Source: an uncultured Gammaproteobacteria bacterium (GTDB lineage: Bacteria; Patescibacteriota; Microgenomatia; Daviesbacterales; UBA10151). Taken from it: a stretch of 64,000 nucleotides of DNA. A model generated the notes under the pieces. It searched no databases, had not been told where the DNA came from, and was given only the letters and a program-made list of their open reading frames with translations. Below are positions 17,682 through 26,559 of the stretch, one piece after another. Each line of letters opens with the position of its first letter. Position 1 is the first letter of the stretch. The stretch lies in assembly GCA_964415615.1 (NCBI GenBank), contig CAYQAW010000002.1:1897-65896 (forward strand), in the 5' to 3' direction. The position numbers and the translations under genes were made by a program.

Positions 17682-18843
17682 ATTTAGAATTCTACATAAA
17701 GATGGGAAGGCTAGGGTGGGAAAATTAGAAACCCCGCATGGGATAATAGAAACCCCTAGTTTTAATCCTGTTGGTACTCAGGCTACAGTAAAAGCTTTAT
17801 CTCCCAGGGATTTGAAAGAAATTGGTGTCCAGATAGTTTTGGCAAATACTTATCATTTGATGTTAAGACCTGGAGTAGATTTAATAGCAAAATTTGGAGG
17901 CCTGCATAAATTTATGGGTTGGGATGGTCCTATTATGACAGATTCTGGAGGTTTTCAGGTATTTTCTTTGGGAATAGCTTTGGAGCATGGAGCCAGTAAA
18001 GTATTGAAAGCAATTGACAATGGACAATGGACAATTGACAATGAAAAACAGAGACCCCGTTTAAACAAAATCACAGAAGAAGGGGTAACTTTTCAATCCC
18101 ATTTGGATGGCTCAAAACATATTCTAACTCCAGAAAATTCTATAGAAATTCAACACAAATTAGGGGCAGATTTGATTGTGGCTTTTGATGATCATGAATC
18201 TTCAAAACATACTAAAGCAGAGATGCAAAAATCTTTGGATTTAACAGAAAAATGGGGTTTAAAAAGCCTGCAAGAGTTGAAAAAATTAAAAAGCAAACAA
18301 CTGATGTATGGGGTAATCCATGGTGGTACTCATAAAGATTTAAGAATAAAATCTGCCAGATTTACTGATGATAATTTTGATGCTATAGCCATAGGAGGTA
18401 TTTATGGAGACAAAAAAACTCTTTGTCAGATTATTGATTGGAGTTTGGAAGAAGTTTCAGAGGATAAACCAAGGCATTTGTTGGGTATTGGAGAGGTGGA
18501 AGATTTGTTTAACGGAGTAGAAAGAGGGATAGACTTTTTTGATTGTGTAGCGCCCACCAGGCGGGCCAGAAACGGCTCGTTATATATTTCGCCTTTCTCA
18601 ATACTTAGTATCAGCCAAAGCAGATTTATTTCAGATAAAAAACCCATTGACCCAAGGTGTTCTTGTTATACTTGCGCAAATTTTTCCAGAAGCTATCTGC
18701 GTCATCTTTATATGGCAAAAGAGATTTTGTATCACAATTTAGCAACTTATCACAATATTTATTTTATAACCAATTTAATGAAAAAAATGAGAGAGGCAAT
18801 TAAAGAGGGAAGACTGAATAAATTTAAATCTTCCCTCTTTTAA
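17674..18843 (+). CDS. tgt: Queuine tRNA-ribosyltransferase (tRNA-guanine transglycosylase).
   Basis: N-terminal context ETPHGIIETP. A conserved context DSGGFQ. C-terminal zinc site CSCYTC-X-H. Confidence 0.9.
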   Translation: MVKFRILHKDGKARVGKLETPHGIIETPSFNPVGTQATVKALSPRDLKEIGVQIVLANTYHLMLRPGVDLIAKFGGLHKFMGWDGPIMTDSGGFQVFSLGIALEHGASKVLKAIDNGQWTIDNEKQRPRLNKITEEGVTFQSHLDGSKHILTPENSIEIQHKLGADLIVAFDDHESSKHTKAEMQKSLDLTEKWGLKSLQELKKLKSKQLMYGVIHGGTHKDLRIKSARFTDDNFDAIAIGGIYGDKKTLCQIIDWSLEEVSEDKPRHLLGIGEVEDLFNGVERGIDFFDCVAPTRRARNGSLYISPFSILSISQSRFISDKKPIDPRCSCYTCANFSRSYLRHLYMAKEILYHNLATYHNIYFITNLMKKMREAIKEGRLNKFKSSLF

Positions 18844-18852
18844 TTAATCTTC

Positions 18853-19071
18853 TTAAACTACTGGCGCACCACCTGCTGGATTTTGCCCGCTTTGGTCTGG
18901 TGTTACAGGAGCTTCTGGTGTGGCAGGAGCCTCTGGCATTACAGGAGCTACAGGAGCTTCTGGTGCAGGTTGTCCTGCATTTGGATCTGCAACTGGAGCT
19001 GATTGTCCTCCCTGATTTGGATCAGCAGGCATTCCACCTTGATTTGGATCTGTTGGATTCATTAAATTCAC
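18853..19071 (-). CDS. Small Pro/Ala-rich low-complexity protein with repeated DPNQGG and EAPV motifs.
   Basis: ORF of 72 aa. It could be a real small secreted or IDP-like protein or a spurious ORF. The antisense ORF 18900..19214 is the likely artefact. Confidence 0.3.
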   Translation of the reverse strand: MNLMNPTDPNQGGMPADPNQGGQSAPVADPNAGQPAPEAPVAPVMPEAPATPEAPVTPDQSGQNPAGGAPVV

Positions 19072-19153
19072 CTCCCTCCGATTTTAGTGTATCCTGTAAT
19101 GAACTAAATGGCAAGTATTTACTTGTAAGATGCGATCTTGATACACTGGAAAT

Positions 19154-20134
19154 ATGCCCAAGAAACGAGTTAGGTCTAAGATTTCAAGAGGAAGGAGAAC
19201 TAAACTTGCCTTAGGGGTATTGGGTCTTTTGTTTATTTTGCTGGTTATATCCTGGTCAATACGTTTTGCTCAAAATTTTTTCGGTTCCAAAAATTATAGC
19301 TGGGAGGGGAAATTTAATATTAATCTTCTGGTGCGTTCCTCAGACATCTCTTTGCTTTCATATAATCCTAAAGATAATAAAGTAATAATCATTAATGTTC
19401 CTGATGAAACTTTTTTGCAAGCGCCTAGTGGATTTGGATCTTGGCAGGTTCGTAGTGTTTATGGGCTCGGAGGGGATAAGTTATTAAAAGAAACATTAAC
19501 CAATTTTTTTGCTATTCCGATAGATGGTTTTGTTGATTTGAGTGTTCTAAAACCTCCTCAATCTGCTGCTCGATTGGTTGACACATTGAGGAAAAATCCT
19601 CTCTCGGGAGTCAATTTGCTAACTTCTGTCCAGACTGATTTGACTATGTGGGAATTACTGCAATTAAAACAAGGCATAAGCTCAGTTAGGTTTGACAAGA
19701 TAAAAACCTTAGATCTTTTAAAGTTTAATGTATTGGATAAGGAAAATTTGGCAGACGGCACACCCATTTTTACCACTGATCCAGTTAAGCTGGATAGCGT
19801 TTTATCAGATTTACAAGATCCTGTAATTGTTTCAGAACACAAAAGTATAGCTGTGTTTAATGCAACAAATCATCCACAGCTTGCCCAAAAATGGGCAAGG
19901 CTGATTACTAATTTAGGAGGCAATGTCATTATTACTTCAAACGCTAAATCAGCTCTTCAAAAAACGCAGGTACTGGGAGAGCAGTCATCAACTTTAACAA
20001 GGCTGCAGCAGATATTTGATTCGGATTGTTCAAACAGTCCAAAGTGTGATAAAATTAGCGCCATGGATGAAGACATAGTTTCCTCCAGGGCACAGATAAA
20101 TTTGTTTTTAGGAGAAGACTATGCTAACAGATAA
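19154..20134 (+). CDS. LytR-CpsA-Psr (LCP) family cell-envelope polymer transferase.
   Basis: N-terminal basic tail and a TM helix. Spacing and patterns typical of LCP, including NINLLVRSSD, VPDET and a context GLGGDKLLKETL-FFAIPIDGFVDL. Confidence 0.55.
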   Translation: MPKKRVRSKISRGRRTKLALGVLGLLFILLVISWSIRFAQNFFGSKNYSWEGKFNINLLVRSSDISLLSYNPKDNKVIIINVPDETFLQAPSGFGSWQVRSVYGLGGDKLLKETLTNFFAIPIDGFVDLSVLKPPQSAARLVDTLRKNPLSGVNLLTSVQTDLTMWELLQLKQGISSVRFDKIKTLDLLKFNVLDKENLADGTPIFTTDPVKLDSVLSDLQDPVIVSEHKSIAVFNATNHPQLAQKWARLITNLGGNVIITSNAKSALQKTQVLGEQSSTLTRLQQIFDSDCSNSPKCDKISAMDEDIVSSRAQINLFLGEDYANR

Positions 20135-20137
20135 TTT

Positions 20138-20824
20138 ATGATTCTTTGGATAATACTTTTTTTACTGGTTGTTGGGATTTCATTTCTTCTGGCCTTGCGA
20201 TCAATGAGAGACTATCAGGAGATTCCTCAAACTAAAACTACAGAGTATGGTTTATTTCTGATACGCCAAATAGAAAATTTTAATGAAAATATTTTAAATT
20301 CTCTGAGAGAACATATCAATGCTGAAAGTTTAATACTTAGCATAGAAAGACTTTTTAAAGGCAAACAGACTGCGCTGGCTGTATTTGGTCCTAAAAAAGT
20401 TCTGGGTAATTTTGCTGACAGATTAAACCTATTGGAGCTTGAAGATTATGCAGCTGATTTAAATCATGAGGACACTTCTACTTGGGAAATAGGTATGAAG
20501 AATAGCAAAAATATCAGCTCTGAGAATCTAAATAATATTTTTAGAAATATGCCTGAGTTTGCAGATGAAGATCAATTTTTTTGGCAGGTAGTTCTTGGCA
20601 AAAATCGAACTCAAATCCGAGCTGCTTTTTTTAACAAGGACCTTCAAAGAAGAGAAGTACTTATCCCGTTACTGCAAAATTTAGGCGCTGGTGAACTGGT
20701 TAAAATTCCAAGACCTTTTTCTAAAGAACAAATGATGGGTTTTTATCAACTGCGGAGTGTAAGCAACGATAGCGGGATATCTGTTTTAACTTCTTCTGAA
20801 ATCACTCAGCTAATTAAGATTTAA
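20138..20824 (+). CDS. Hypothetical membrane-anchored protein.
   Basis: N-terminal TM helix. 228 aa with no recognised motif. Confidence 0.4.
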   Translation: MILWIILFLLVVGISFLLALRSMRDYQEIPQTKTTEYGLFLIRQIENFNENILNSLREHINAESLILSIERLFKGKQTALAVFGPKKVLGNFADRLNLLELEDYAADLNHEDTSTWEIGMKNSKNISSENLNNIFRNMPEFADEDQFFWQVVLGKNRTQIRAAFFNKDLQRREVLIPLLQNLGAGELVKIPRPFSKEQMMGFYQLRSVSNDSGISVLTSSEITQLIKI

Positions 20825-21549
20825 AGATTTTGTTCTTCTTCAGGTTCTTCTGTTTCTTCTTCATTTCTTATTCCTTCCAAAGAGGTGATGATGTTTGTTG
20901 TATTACTGGAAGGTGAATAATCCAAAAATGAGGACTGATTTTTAAACCGTTTGCTTCTGAAAGTTTCCTTAATTAAAACTGATAAACTATTTACACTAAT
21001 TGATTTAATAAATAATTCATATTTATTACCACCTTTGGTAAGCCTGAGTAAATGATGACTGATATCATCTGGCAGGACTCCAAGGTAATTGCCATTCGTA
21101 TCAACAATAGTGACCCTCCTGTTTTTAATAGCCATTGTCACTTTCATTCCACAATAAGCCTGGGATAGTTTTTGAGGCTCAGCCACATTTAAAAGATTGA
21201 CCATCTTGGTTTTACCAGGTTCTTGCAAAAATAATGAAGGAGATAATCTGTCTTTGCAATTCCAATTGGAAATTTGACCATTTGATTTAAAGGATCTCAT
21301 TATCTTGAGATTTTTTTGGGCAATAGGGTTATAAGGATCATATTTTAAGGCCTGCGAGTAATACTTTTTTGCTAAATTAGCTTTGCCAAGTTCCATATAG
21401 GCCCTGGCCTGACGGTTTAGGGCATCAACATTTTGTGGGTCTAGTTTGATTATTTTTTTGTTGATGGTTAAGGCTTCTTTCCATCTTTGATCTAAGGCTG
21501 CGTCGATTGCTTGTTGGGTGGTATTTGCAGAAATGGGGATAGAGTTCAT
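20821..21549 (-). CDS. TPR-repeat protein with a C-terminal domain of unknown function.
   Basis: Two or three TPR-like units in the first 90 aa. Confidence 0.5.
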   Translation of the reverse strand: MNSIPISANTTQQAIDAALDQRWKEALTINKKIIKLDPQNVDALNRQARAYMELGKANLAKKYYSQALKYDPYNPIAQKNLKIMRSFKSNGQISNWNCKDRLSPSLFLQEPGKTKMVNLLNVAEPQKLSQAYCGMKVTMAIKNRRVTIVDTNGNYLGVLPDDISHHLLRLTKGGNKYELFIKSISVNSLSVLIKETFRSKRFKNQSSFLDYSPSSNTTNIITSLEGIRNEEETEEPEEEQNL

Positions 21550-21612
21550 CTAAAAAAGAAAGTATAGAAGGTAAGAATTACCTTGTCAATTACTTCGCAG
21601 ATTATTCGGATC

Positions 21613-21646
21613 TCACACTAGGGGTGAAAGTATATTGACACCCCAG
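21613..21646. repeat. REP-like palindromic element (CTAGGGGTG-N11-ACACCCCAGG) flanking the IS200-like gene; an inverted copy lies at 22359-22396.
   Basis: The reverse complement of 22359-22396 (CTTTCACCCTAGGGGTGGATTTAGGTTTACACACCAGG) matches 21613-21646 in the blocks CTAGGGGTG and ACAC(CC)CAGG with the same 11-nt spacing. Confidence 0.5.
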
Positions 21647-21673
21647 GAATATTAGTTTAATCTCTATATTAAG

Positions 21674-22345
21674 ATGCCTCACAGGTTTGTGGTTTTAGCC
21701 AATGATGAAATCTATCATGTATTTAACCGCTCTATTGCTGGGACAAACATATTTGCCCAAAATCAGAAGGTAAATTTAAATAAGGCTATAGAAATAGTAA
21801 ATTACTATCGATTTCCTCAAAAAATTAGATTATCTAGATTTAAAAGCCTTCCTGAGCAATTGAAGAAGCAATATTTAGATGCTCTAGGAGGTGTTATGCC
21901 CTTGGTTGAGATTTATGCTTTTGCTTTTATGTCAAACCATTTTCATTTTCTACTCAAACAGATTCGAGACAAAGGAGTTGCTATATTCCTTGCAAATTTC
22001 CAAAATAGCTTTGCTAAGGTATTTAATCTAAAAAATGATCGGAGTGGTGCTTTATTCCAAAATGCTTTTAAAGCCAAAAGAATTGTAACTGAGGAACAAT
22101 TTATCCATGTCTCGCGCTACATTCATTTAAACCCAGTCACTGCATATATCATTGAATTTGATAAGCTAGCAAGTTTTGAGTGGACTTCATATTCTGTATA
22201 TGCTGCAGATAAACAAATTCCTTTTATCAGTTCCATTTTCTTGCTAAAAATGTTTGGGACAAAGGAAAAGTATATTAAATTTGTTGCTGATCAGGTAGAT
22301 TATCAGAGAAAGTTGGCTTATATTAAAGATTTAATAATGGAATAA
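21674..22345 (+). mobile_element. IS200/IS605-family Y1 (HUH) transposase homolog of the RAYT type, flanked by REP-like hairpins.
   Basis: HUH motif in the context SNHFHFLLKQ. The catalytic Tyr region is near the C-terminus. Paralogous to ORF 58811..59458. Confidence 0.7.
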
Positions 22346-22358
22346 TCATTGATCCTGG

Positions 22359-22396
22359 TGTGTAAACCTAAATCCACCCCTAGGGTGAAAGAATGA
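22359..22396. repeat. REP-like palindrome CACCCCTAGGGTG plus the inverted partner of 21613-21646.
   Basis: See feature 21613-21646. Confidence 0.5.
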
Positions 22397-22590
22397 TTAC
22401 TGGTGGAGATATTAAAAAACTAACTAAAAAATTTGCTACAAAGATAGATTTAGCAAGGTTAGAAATGAACCCCTCCCCGCTGCAAGCTGACGGGGTATTC
22501 TGGTTCAAAAATAAAAATGAATTTGGAGTTTGAAAGAGTAAGGGAAGAGATGGTAACTAAAGAACTCCTCGGTGTGTTAAAATATCTTTC

Positions 22591-23352
22591 ATGTCCGGGC
22601 ATTCTAAATGGTCAACAATAAAGCGACAAAAAGGTGTAGCAGATATCAAACGTGGGCAAACCTTCACTAAGCTTGCTAATGCTATTACTATTGCCACTAA
22701 ACTTGGTTCCTCAGGGGATCCAGAAGCAAATCCCAGGCTCAGGGCAGTTTTAGAAGAAGCCAAAACTGTTAATGTGCCCAAAGAAAATGTTCAGAGAGCA
22801 ATTGATAGAGGTTTAGGTAAACTGCCTGGACAGACTTTAGAAGAGGTAATTTATGAAGGTTTTGGTCCTGCAAAGGTTGCCTTTCTGATAGAAGGAGTGA
22901 CAGATAATAAAATGAGAACTACTCAGGAAATTAAAAATATTTTTGAAAGGGACGGAGGGCACATGGCAGGACAGGGAAGTGTAGCTTATATGTTTGAGAG
23001 ATGTGGGGAAATCAAAGTTCAAAGTGCAAAGTTAAAAGTTAAAAGTGAAGAAGAAGAAACCTTAGAATTAATTGATTTAGGAGCAAAAGATATAGAGAGT
23101 TTTGAAGAAGATGGCATACGAAAATATTTAGTATATACAGAAAGCTCAGAATTGAGTACTATGGGTAATAAAATTACTCAGGCTGGTTTTGGAGTGGAGT
23201 CGCAAGAGTTGATGTTTAAACCAAACATATTAGTTTCTATAAATGATTCAGAGTCAGCTAAAAAAGTGTTGGAGTTTGCTAGAAGATTAGAGGATTTGGA
23301 CGATGTGCAAAAAGTGTATGCCAATTTTGATATAGATGAGAAATTAATATAG
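22591..23352 (+). CDS. yebC: YebC/PmpR-family transcriptional regulator.
   Basis: Canonical N-terminus MSGHSKWSTIKRQKG. Confidence 0.9.
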   Translation: MSGHSKWSTIKRQKGVADIKRGQTFTKLANAITIATKLGSSGDPEANPRLRAVLEEAKTVNVPKENVQRAIDRGLGKLPGQTLEEVIYEGFGPAKVAFLIEGVTDNKMRTTQEIKNIFERDGGHMAGQGSVAYMFERCGEIKVQSAKLKVKSEEEETLELIDLGAKDIESFEEDGIRKYLVYTESSELSTMGNKITQAGFGVESQELMFKPNILVSINDSESAKKVLEFARRLEDLDDVQKVYANFDIDEKLI

Positions 23353-23354
23353 CC

Positions 23355-23423
23355 TTCAGTCATCAGTCTTCAGCTTTCAGACTTTTCTGAATTGTCTGAT
23401 GACTGATAGCTGACAGCTGACGA
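23355..23423. repeat. Heptamer-built imperfect inverted repeat (CAGTCAT/CAGTCTT... | ...CTGATGA/CTGATAG/CTGACAG/CTGACGA) forming a long hairpin between yebC and ruvC.
   Basis: The left arm AGTCATCAGTCTTCAGCTTTCAGAC and right arm GTCTGATGACTGATAGCTGACAGCTGACGACT surround the loop TTTTCTGAATT. The same architecture occurs at 57722-57795. Confidence 0.5.
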
Positions 23424-23425
23424 CT

Positions 23426-23959
23426 ATGATTATATTAGGAATTGATCCTGGAACTGCTACTACTGGTTACGGAGTTATCAAAATACCTGATGATATTTTG
23501 GGAAGAGAGTTTGATTATGATATCGAACTGATTACCTATGGAAATATCAGCACACCTAAAGAGAAATTGATGCAGGACAGATTAGGTATGATTTATAGAG
23601 AACTTACTGATGTAATTGGAAAGTATAAGCCTGATCAGATGGTTTGTGAAATGTTATTTTTTGGGGCAAATACCAGAACAGCTATCATGGTGGGTCAGGC
23701 TAGGGGGGTTATAATGTTGACCGCTTCCCAGAACAGGCTTCCATTTCAGGATTATACAGGTTTGCAGGTAAAACTGATGGTGGCTGGATCAGGCAGGGCG
23801 GATAAAAATCAGGTGCATGAAGGAGTCAGGAAGTTTTTAGGCGCTAATGGCAGGAAAAGGAATAAGCTTAAAGTAAATTGGAAAGGTGGGCATCTGGATG
23901 ATGCGACAGATGCCTTAGCTATAGCTATTTGTCATGTGTTAAAATTGGCTGCGAAATAA
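23426..23959 (+). CDS. ruvC: Crossover junction endodeoxyribonuclease RuvC.
   Basis: N-terminal context MIILGIDPGTATTGYGVI. Acidic catalytic residues in conserved positions. Confidence 0.9.
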   Translation: MIILGIDPGTATTGYGVIKIPDDILGREFDYDIELITYGNISTPKEKLMQDRLGMIYRELTDVIGKYKPDQMVCEMLFFGANTRTAIMVGQARGVIMLTASQNRLPFQDYTGLQVKLMVAGSGRADKNQVHEGVRKFLGANGRKRNKLKVNWKGGHLDDATDALAIAICHVLKLAAK

Positions 23960-23963
23960 ACTA

Positions 23964-24746
23964 ATGAACCTAGGTTTGAATAAAAGACAGAAAATAGTCC
24001 TGACCTCGATCCTATTAACTATAGGGTTATTATCAACACAATTAGTTGATTTTAATTTAAGATTCAAATTTCTGGGGGGATTGGCACTTTTAACTTATGC
24101 TCTTTCCGTTTGGTCCCTCCGGGAAGGGTTAAATGTTTCCAAGGCTTTTGTACTGATGATTTTGCCAACTTTTTTTACTGCAGCTGTGGCCAGCTTTTAT
24201 TTTTTACTGCCAGTCAGGTGGCTTACCAGAGTACCGGTTGCATTTGTATTTGGTTTAACTTTCTACCTGTTGCTGCTGGCGCAGAATGTATTTAATGTAG
24301 CCAGTTTGAGAACAATACCTTTATATAGAGCTGCTTCAACAACAAGTTTTCTCTTTACACTGCTGTCAGCTTTTTTTATCTACCATGTAGTTTTTGCCTT
24401 TAACCTTTCATTTATCTGGAATGGGGTAGTGGTATTACTTATTAGTTTTCCCTTAATTTTGCAATTGTTTTGGGCAATTGAAATGGAGGATAAGATTCAA
24501 ACATCAATTATGGTTCAAAGTTTTATACTAAGTTTGGTCTTGGGAGAGTTAGCTTTGAGTTTTTCCTTTTGGCCTTCACCAATTACTATCAGAGCATTGT
24601 CTTTGTCATCAGCAATGTATGTTTTGCTGGGACTTTCCACACAGCATTTAAGAGGCAGGTTAAATAGGAGAGTAGTGTGGGAATATGTGGGAATAGGGGT
24701 AGTCATTTTCTTTGTGAGCTTATTTACTACATCCTGGAGTGGATAG
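23964..24746 (+). CDS. Polytopic membrane protein of unknown function (about 8 TM).
   Basis: Hydrophobicity pattern only. Confidence 0.45.
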   Translation: MNLGLNKRQKIVLTSILLTIGLLSTQLVDFNLRFKFLGGLALLTYALSVWSLREGLNVSKAFVLMILPTFFTAAVASFYFLLPVRWLTRVPVAFVFGLTFYLLLLAQNVFNVASLRTIPLYRAASTTSFLFTLLSAFFIYHVVFAFNLSFIWNGVVVLLISFPLILQLFWAIEMEDKIQTSIMVQSFILSLVLGELALSFSFWPSPITIRALSLSSAMYVLLGLSTQHLRGRLNRRVVWEYVGIGVVIFFVSLFTTSWSG

Positions 24747-25150
24747 CGTGAAAAAGGGGGAATATTTCGTGAAAAGAGTAGATGATATAGTATGGTATAG
24801 TTATAGGCATGAAGATATAAAACTATAGGATTAATTACGCTCAGTATTGGCATACATTGTGGATAAGTGCTAATTCTTCATACAATACCCGAAGGTACGC
24901 ACCGTCTGGTGCATACCAAAGTCACCATAGAGGAGAAGCACGCTGCATTGGCAGCATTTCGAGCTTACAAACTCTCGCTTCTCTTTTAGAAGAATGTTAG
25001 AATTCCCTTATCTGATGTCGCACAATGTTGGAATTTGGAATCTTGGCAGAGGAGACCTCATTTGGCTTGCTGGTTAAAATAATAAATTTAAAGAGCTAGG
25101 GTTAAAAAAGTCTTATGGTATATATTTTTGTGTTATTCCCATCCATAATT

Positions 25151-25235
25151 AGTTTATAGTTTATAGTTTATAGTTTATAGTTTATAGTTTATAGTTTTTA
25201 GTTTATTGTTTATATCTTAGGTTTGGGTTTATAGA
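25151..25235. repeat. Tandem 8-mer repeat (TTTATAGT, about 6 copies) with degenerate copies continuing downstream.
   Basis: Seen directly (agtttatagtttatagtttatag...). Not CRISPR-like: the unit is too short and there are no spacers. Confidence 0.7.
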
Positions 25236-25548
25236 ACAACCTAAACATTGGATGAGGAAATATAGCTCCCATCCCCCTGCAAGCCGTTTTTAGGCCCTTT
25301 ACGGGCTTCGTGCCTAAATAGCCTCAGAAGGTATAACAAGTCCAATTGTGAGTGTTATTTACAGGAAAAAAGAGGCTGGATGAGACTTGCACTCATCATG
25401 CCTAGCAAGAAATGCCTTCATAGTGTTAATAGTTTCACTTCGTAAGGATTCACCCACTGGTAATGATTTAACATTACTTCAACCCCTTAAATATTATATA
25501 GCTTATTGTTAATTTCATGCTTGACAATGTCTGCTTAGCCTTGGTATT

Positions 25549-26559
25549 ATGAGTATAATCAACCTAACGCTCATAATGTTAAGTTCAACCACTTCGTCCA
25601 AAAAGAAAATATCTTTACCTCTGTTTGACGAGTTTATGCTGCACCTGCAGATAAATAACTACTCTACTGAGACAATTTATAATTATGAACGGGATCTTCT
25701 CACATTTACCTATTTTCTTGAAAAAGAAATGCAAAAAGATTTTGATCAAATAGGTAAGTCAGATATAGAACATTATAAAGCTTATCTTCTGTCTACTGAC
25801 CGTAAAACTGCAATTTCAGAGGAGGATGCTTTAATTAAGTTGCAGAGTGGCTCTATGAATAGATTACTCTCCTCTCTTAGGAGTTATCTGAAGTTTCTTA
25901 TCTTTCAAGATTACAAGATTCCTATCCAGCCAGAACATATTAGAATGGTGAGAAAAGAAAATAAACACTACAAAGTAGCTGAGCTTCAAGAATTAACTTC
26001 CCTGATTGAGTCACCATCTGTTTTAGAAAAAGATCCTATTGTGGGGTCTCGGAACCGCGCTATGCTAGAAGTGCTTTTTGCAACAGGTATGAGAATTTCT
26101 GAACTTCTTTCCTTAAACAGAAGAGATATTGATCAAACAGGGAAGATTTTTATTATGGGTAAAGGCAAGAAGGAACGTTTTGTTTATCTTACAGAAAGAG
26201 CCAAGTCGTTGATTGACATGTATCTTTTACTGCGGAAGGATAATTTACCCGCACTATTTGTGCCTCAGAAGGGCAAAAGAATGGGAAAAAAAGATTGTCG
26301 TATCTCCCCTAACTATTTGCAGTTCAAGATTAAAAGTTATAGGGAAAAATTGGGAATTATTGTACCTACAAGCGCTCATTCACTTAGACATGGTTTTGCT
26401 ACATATTTGGCTGAGGAAGGGGCTTCCCCTGCTGCAATTCAGATTCTACTTGGTCATGAATCACTTAATACTACTACCAGATATGTAAATGCTTCAGATA
26501 AATTTGCTCAGGAAAGCCATAGGAAATATCACCCCTTATCTGAAGCAAATGACAAGTGA
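25549..26559 (+). CDS. Tyrosine site-specific recombinase (XerC/XerD/phage-integrase family), with an N-terminal core-binding (SAM-like) domain.
   Basis: The R..H..R...Y catalytic region is in the context HSLRHGFATYLAEEGASPAAIQILLGHESLNTTTRYV. A possible alternative start lies upstream. Confidence 0.8.
   Translation: MSIINLTLIMLSSTTSSKKKISLPLFDEFMLHLQINNYSTETIYNYERDLLTFTYFLEKEMQKDFDQIGKSDIEHYKAYLLSTDRKTAISEEDALIKLQSGSMNRLLSSLRSYLKFLIFQDYKIPIQPEHIRMVRKENKHYKVAELQELTSLIESPSVLEKDPIVGSRNRAMLEVLFATGMRISELLSLNRRDIDQTGKIFIMGKGKKERFVYLTERAKSLIDMYLLLRKDNLPALFVPQKGKRMGKKDCRISPNYLQFKIKSYREKLGIIVPTSAHSLRHGFATYLAEEGASPAAIQILLGHESLNTTTRYVNASDKFAQESHRKYHPLSEANDK

Noticed and set aside
18900-19214. Leu-rich ORF of 104 aa on the plus strand (LQELLVWQEPLALQEL...).
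   Set aside because: Antisense to the Pro/Ala-rich ORF and generated by its GC-rich repeats. It overlaps the likely promoter and start of the LCP gene.
24850-25090. Candidate tmRNA or RNase P RNA next to the recombinase.
   Set aside because: Looked for the tRNA-like 3' end (GGTTCGANTCC...CCA), the tag-peptide reading frame and the RNase P P4 motif (AGGAAAGUCCGGGC) and found none by eye. Kept only as a low-confidence finding for a covariance-model scan.
25151-25235. Possible CRISPR array suggested by the tandem TTTATAGT copies.
   Set aside because: The 8-bp unit has no spacers; it is a microsatellite. No cas genes are present in the window.
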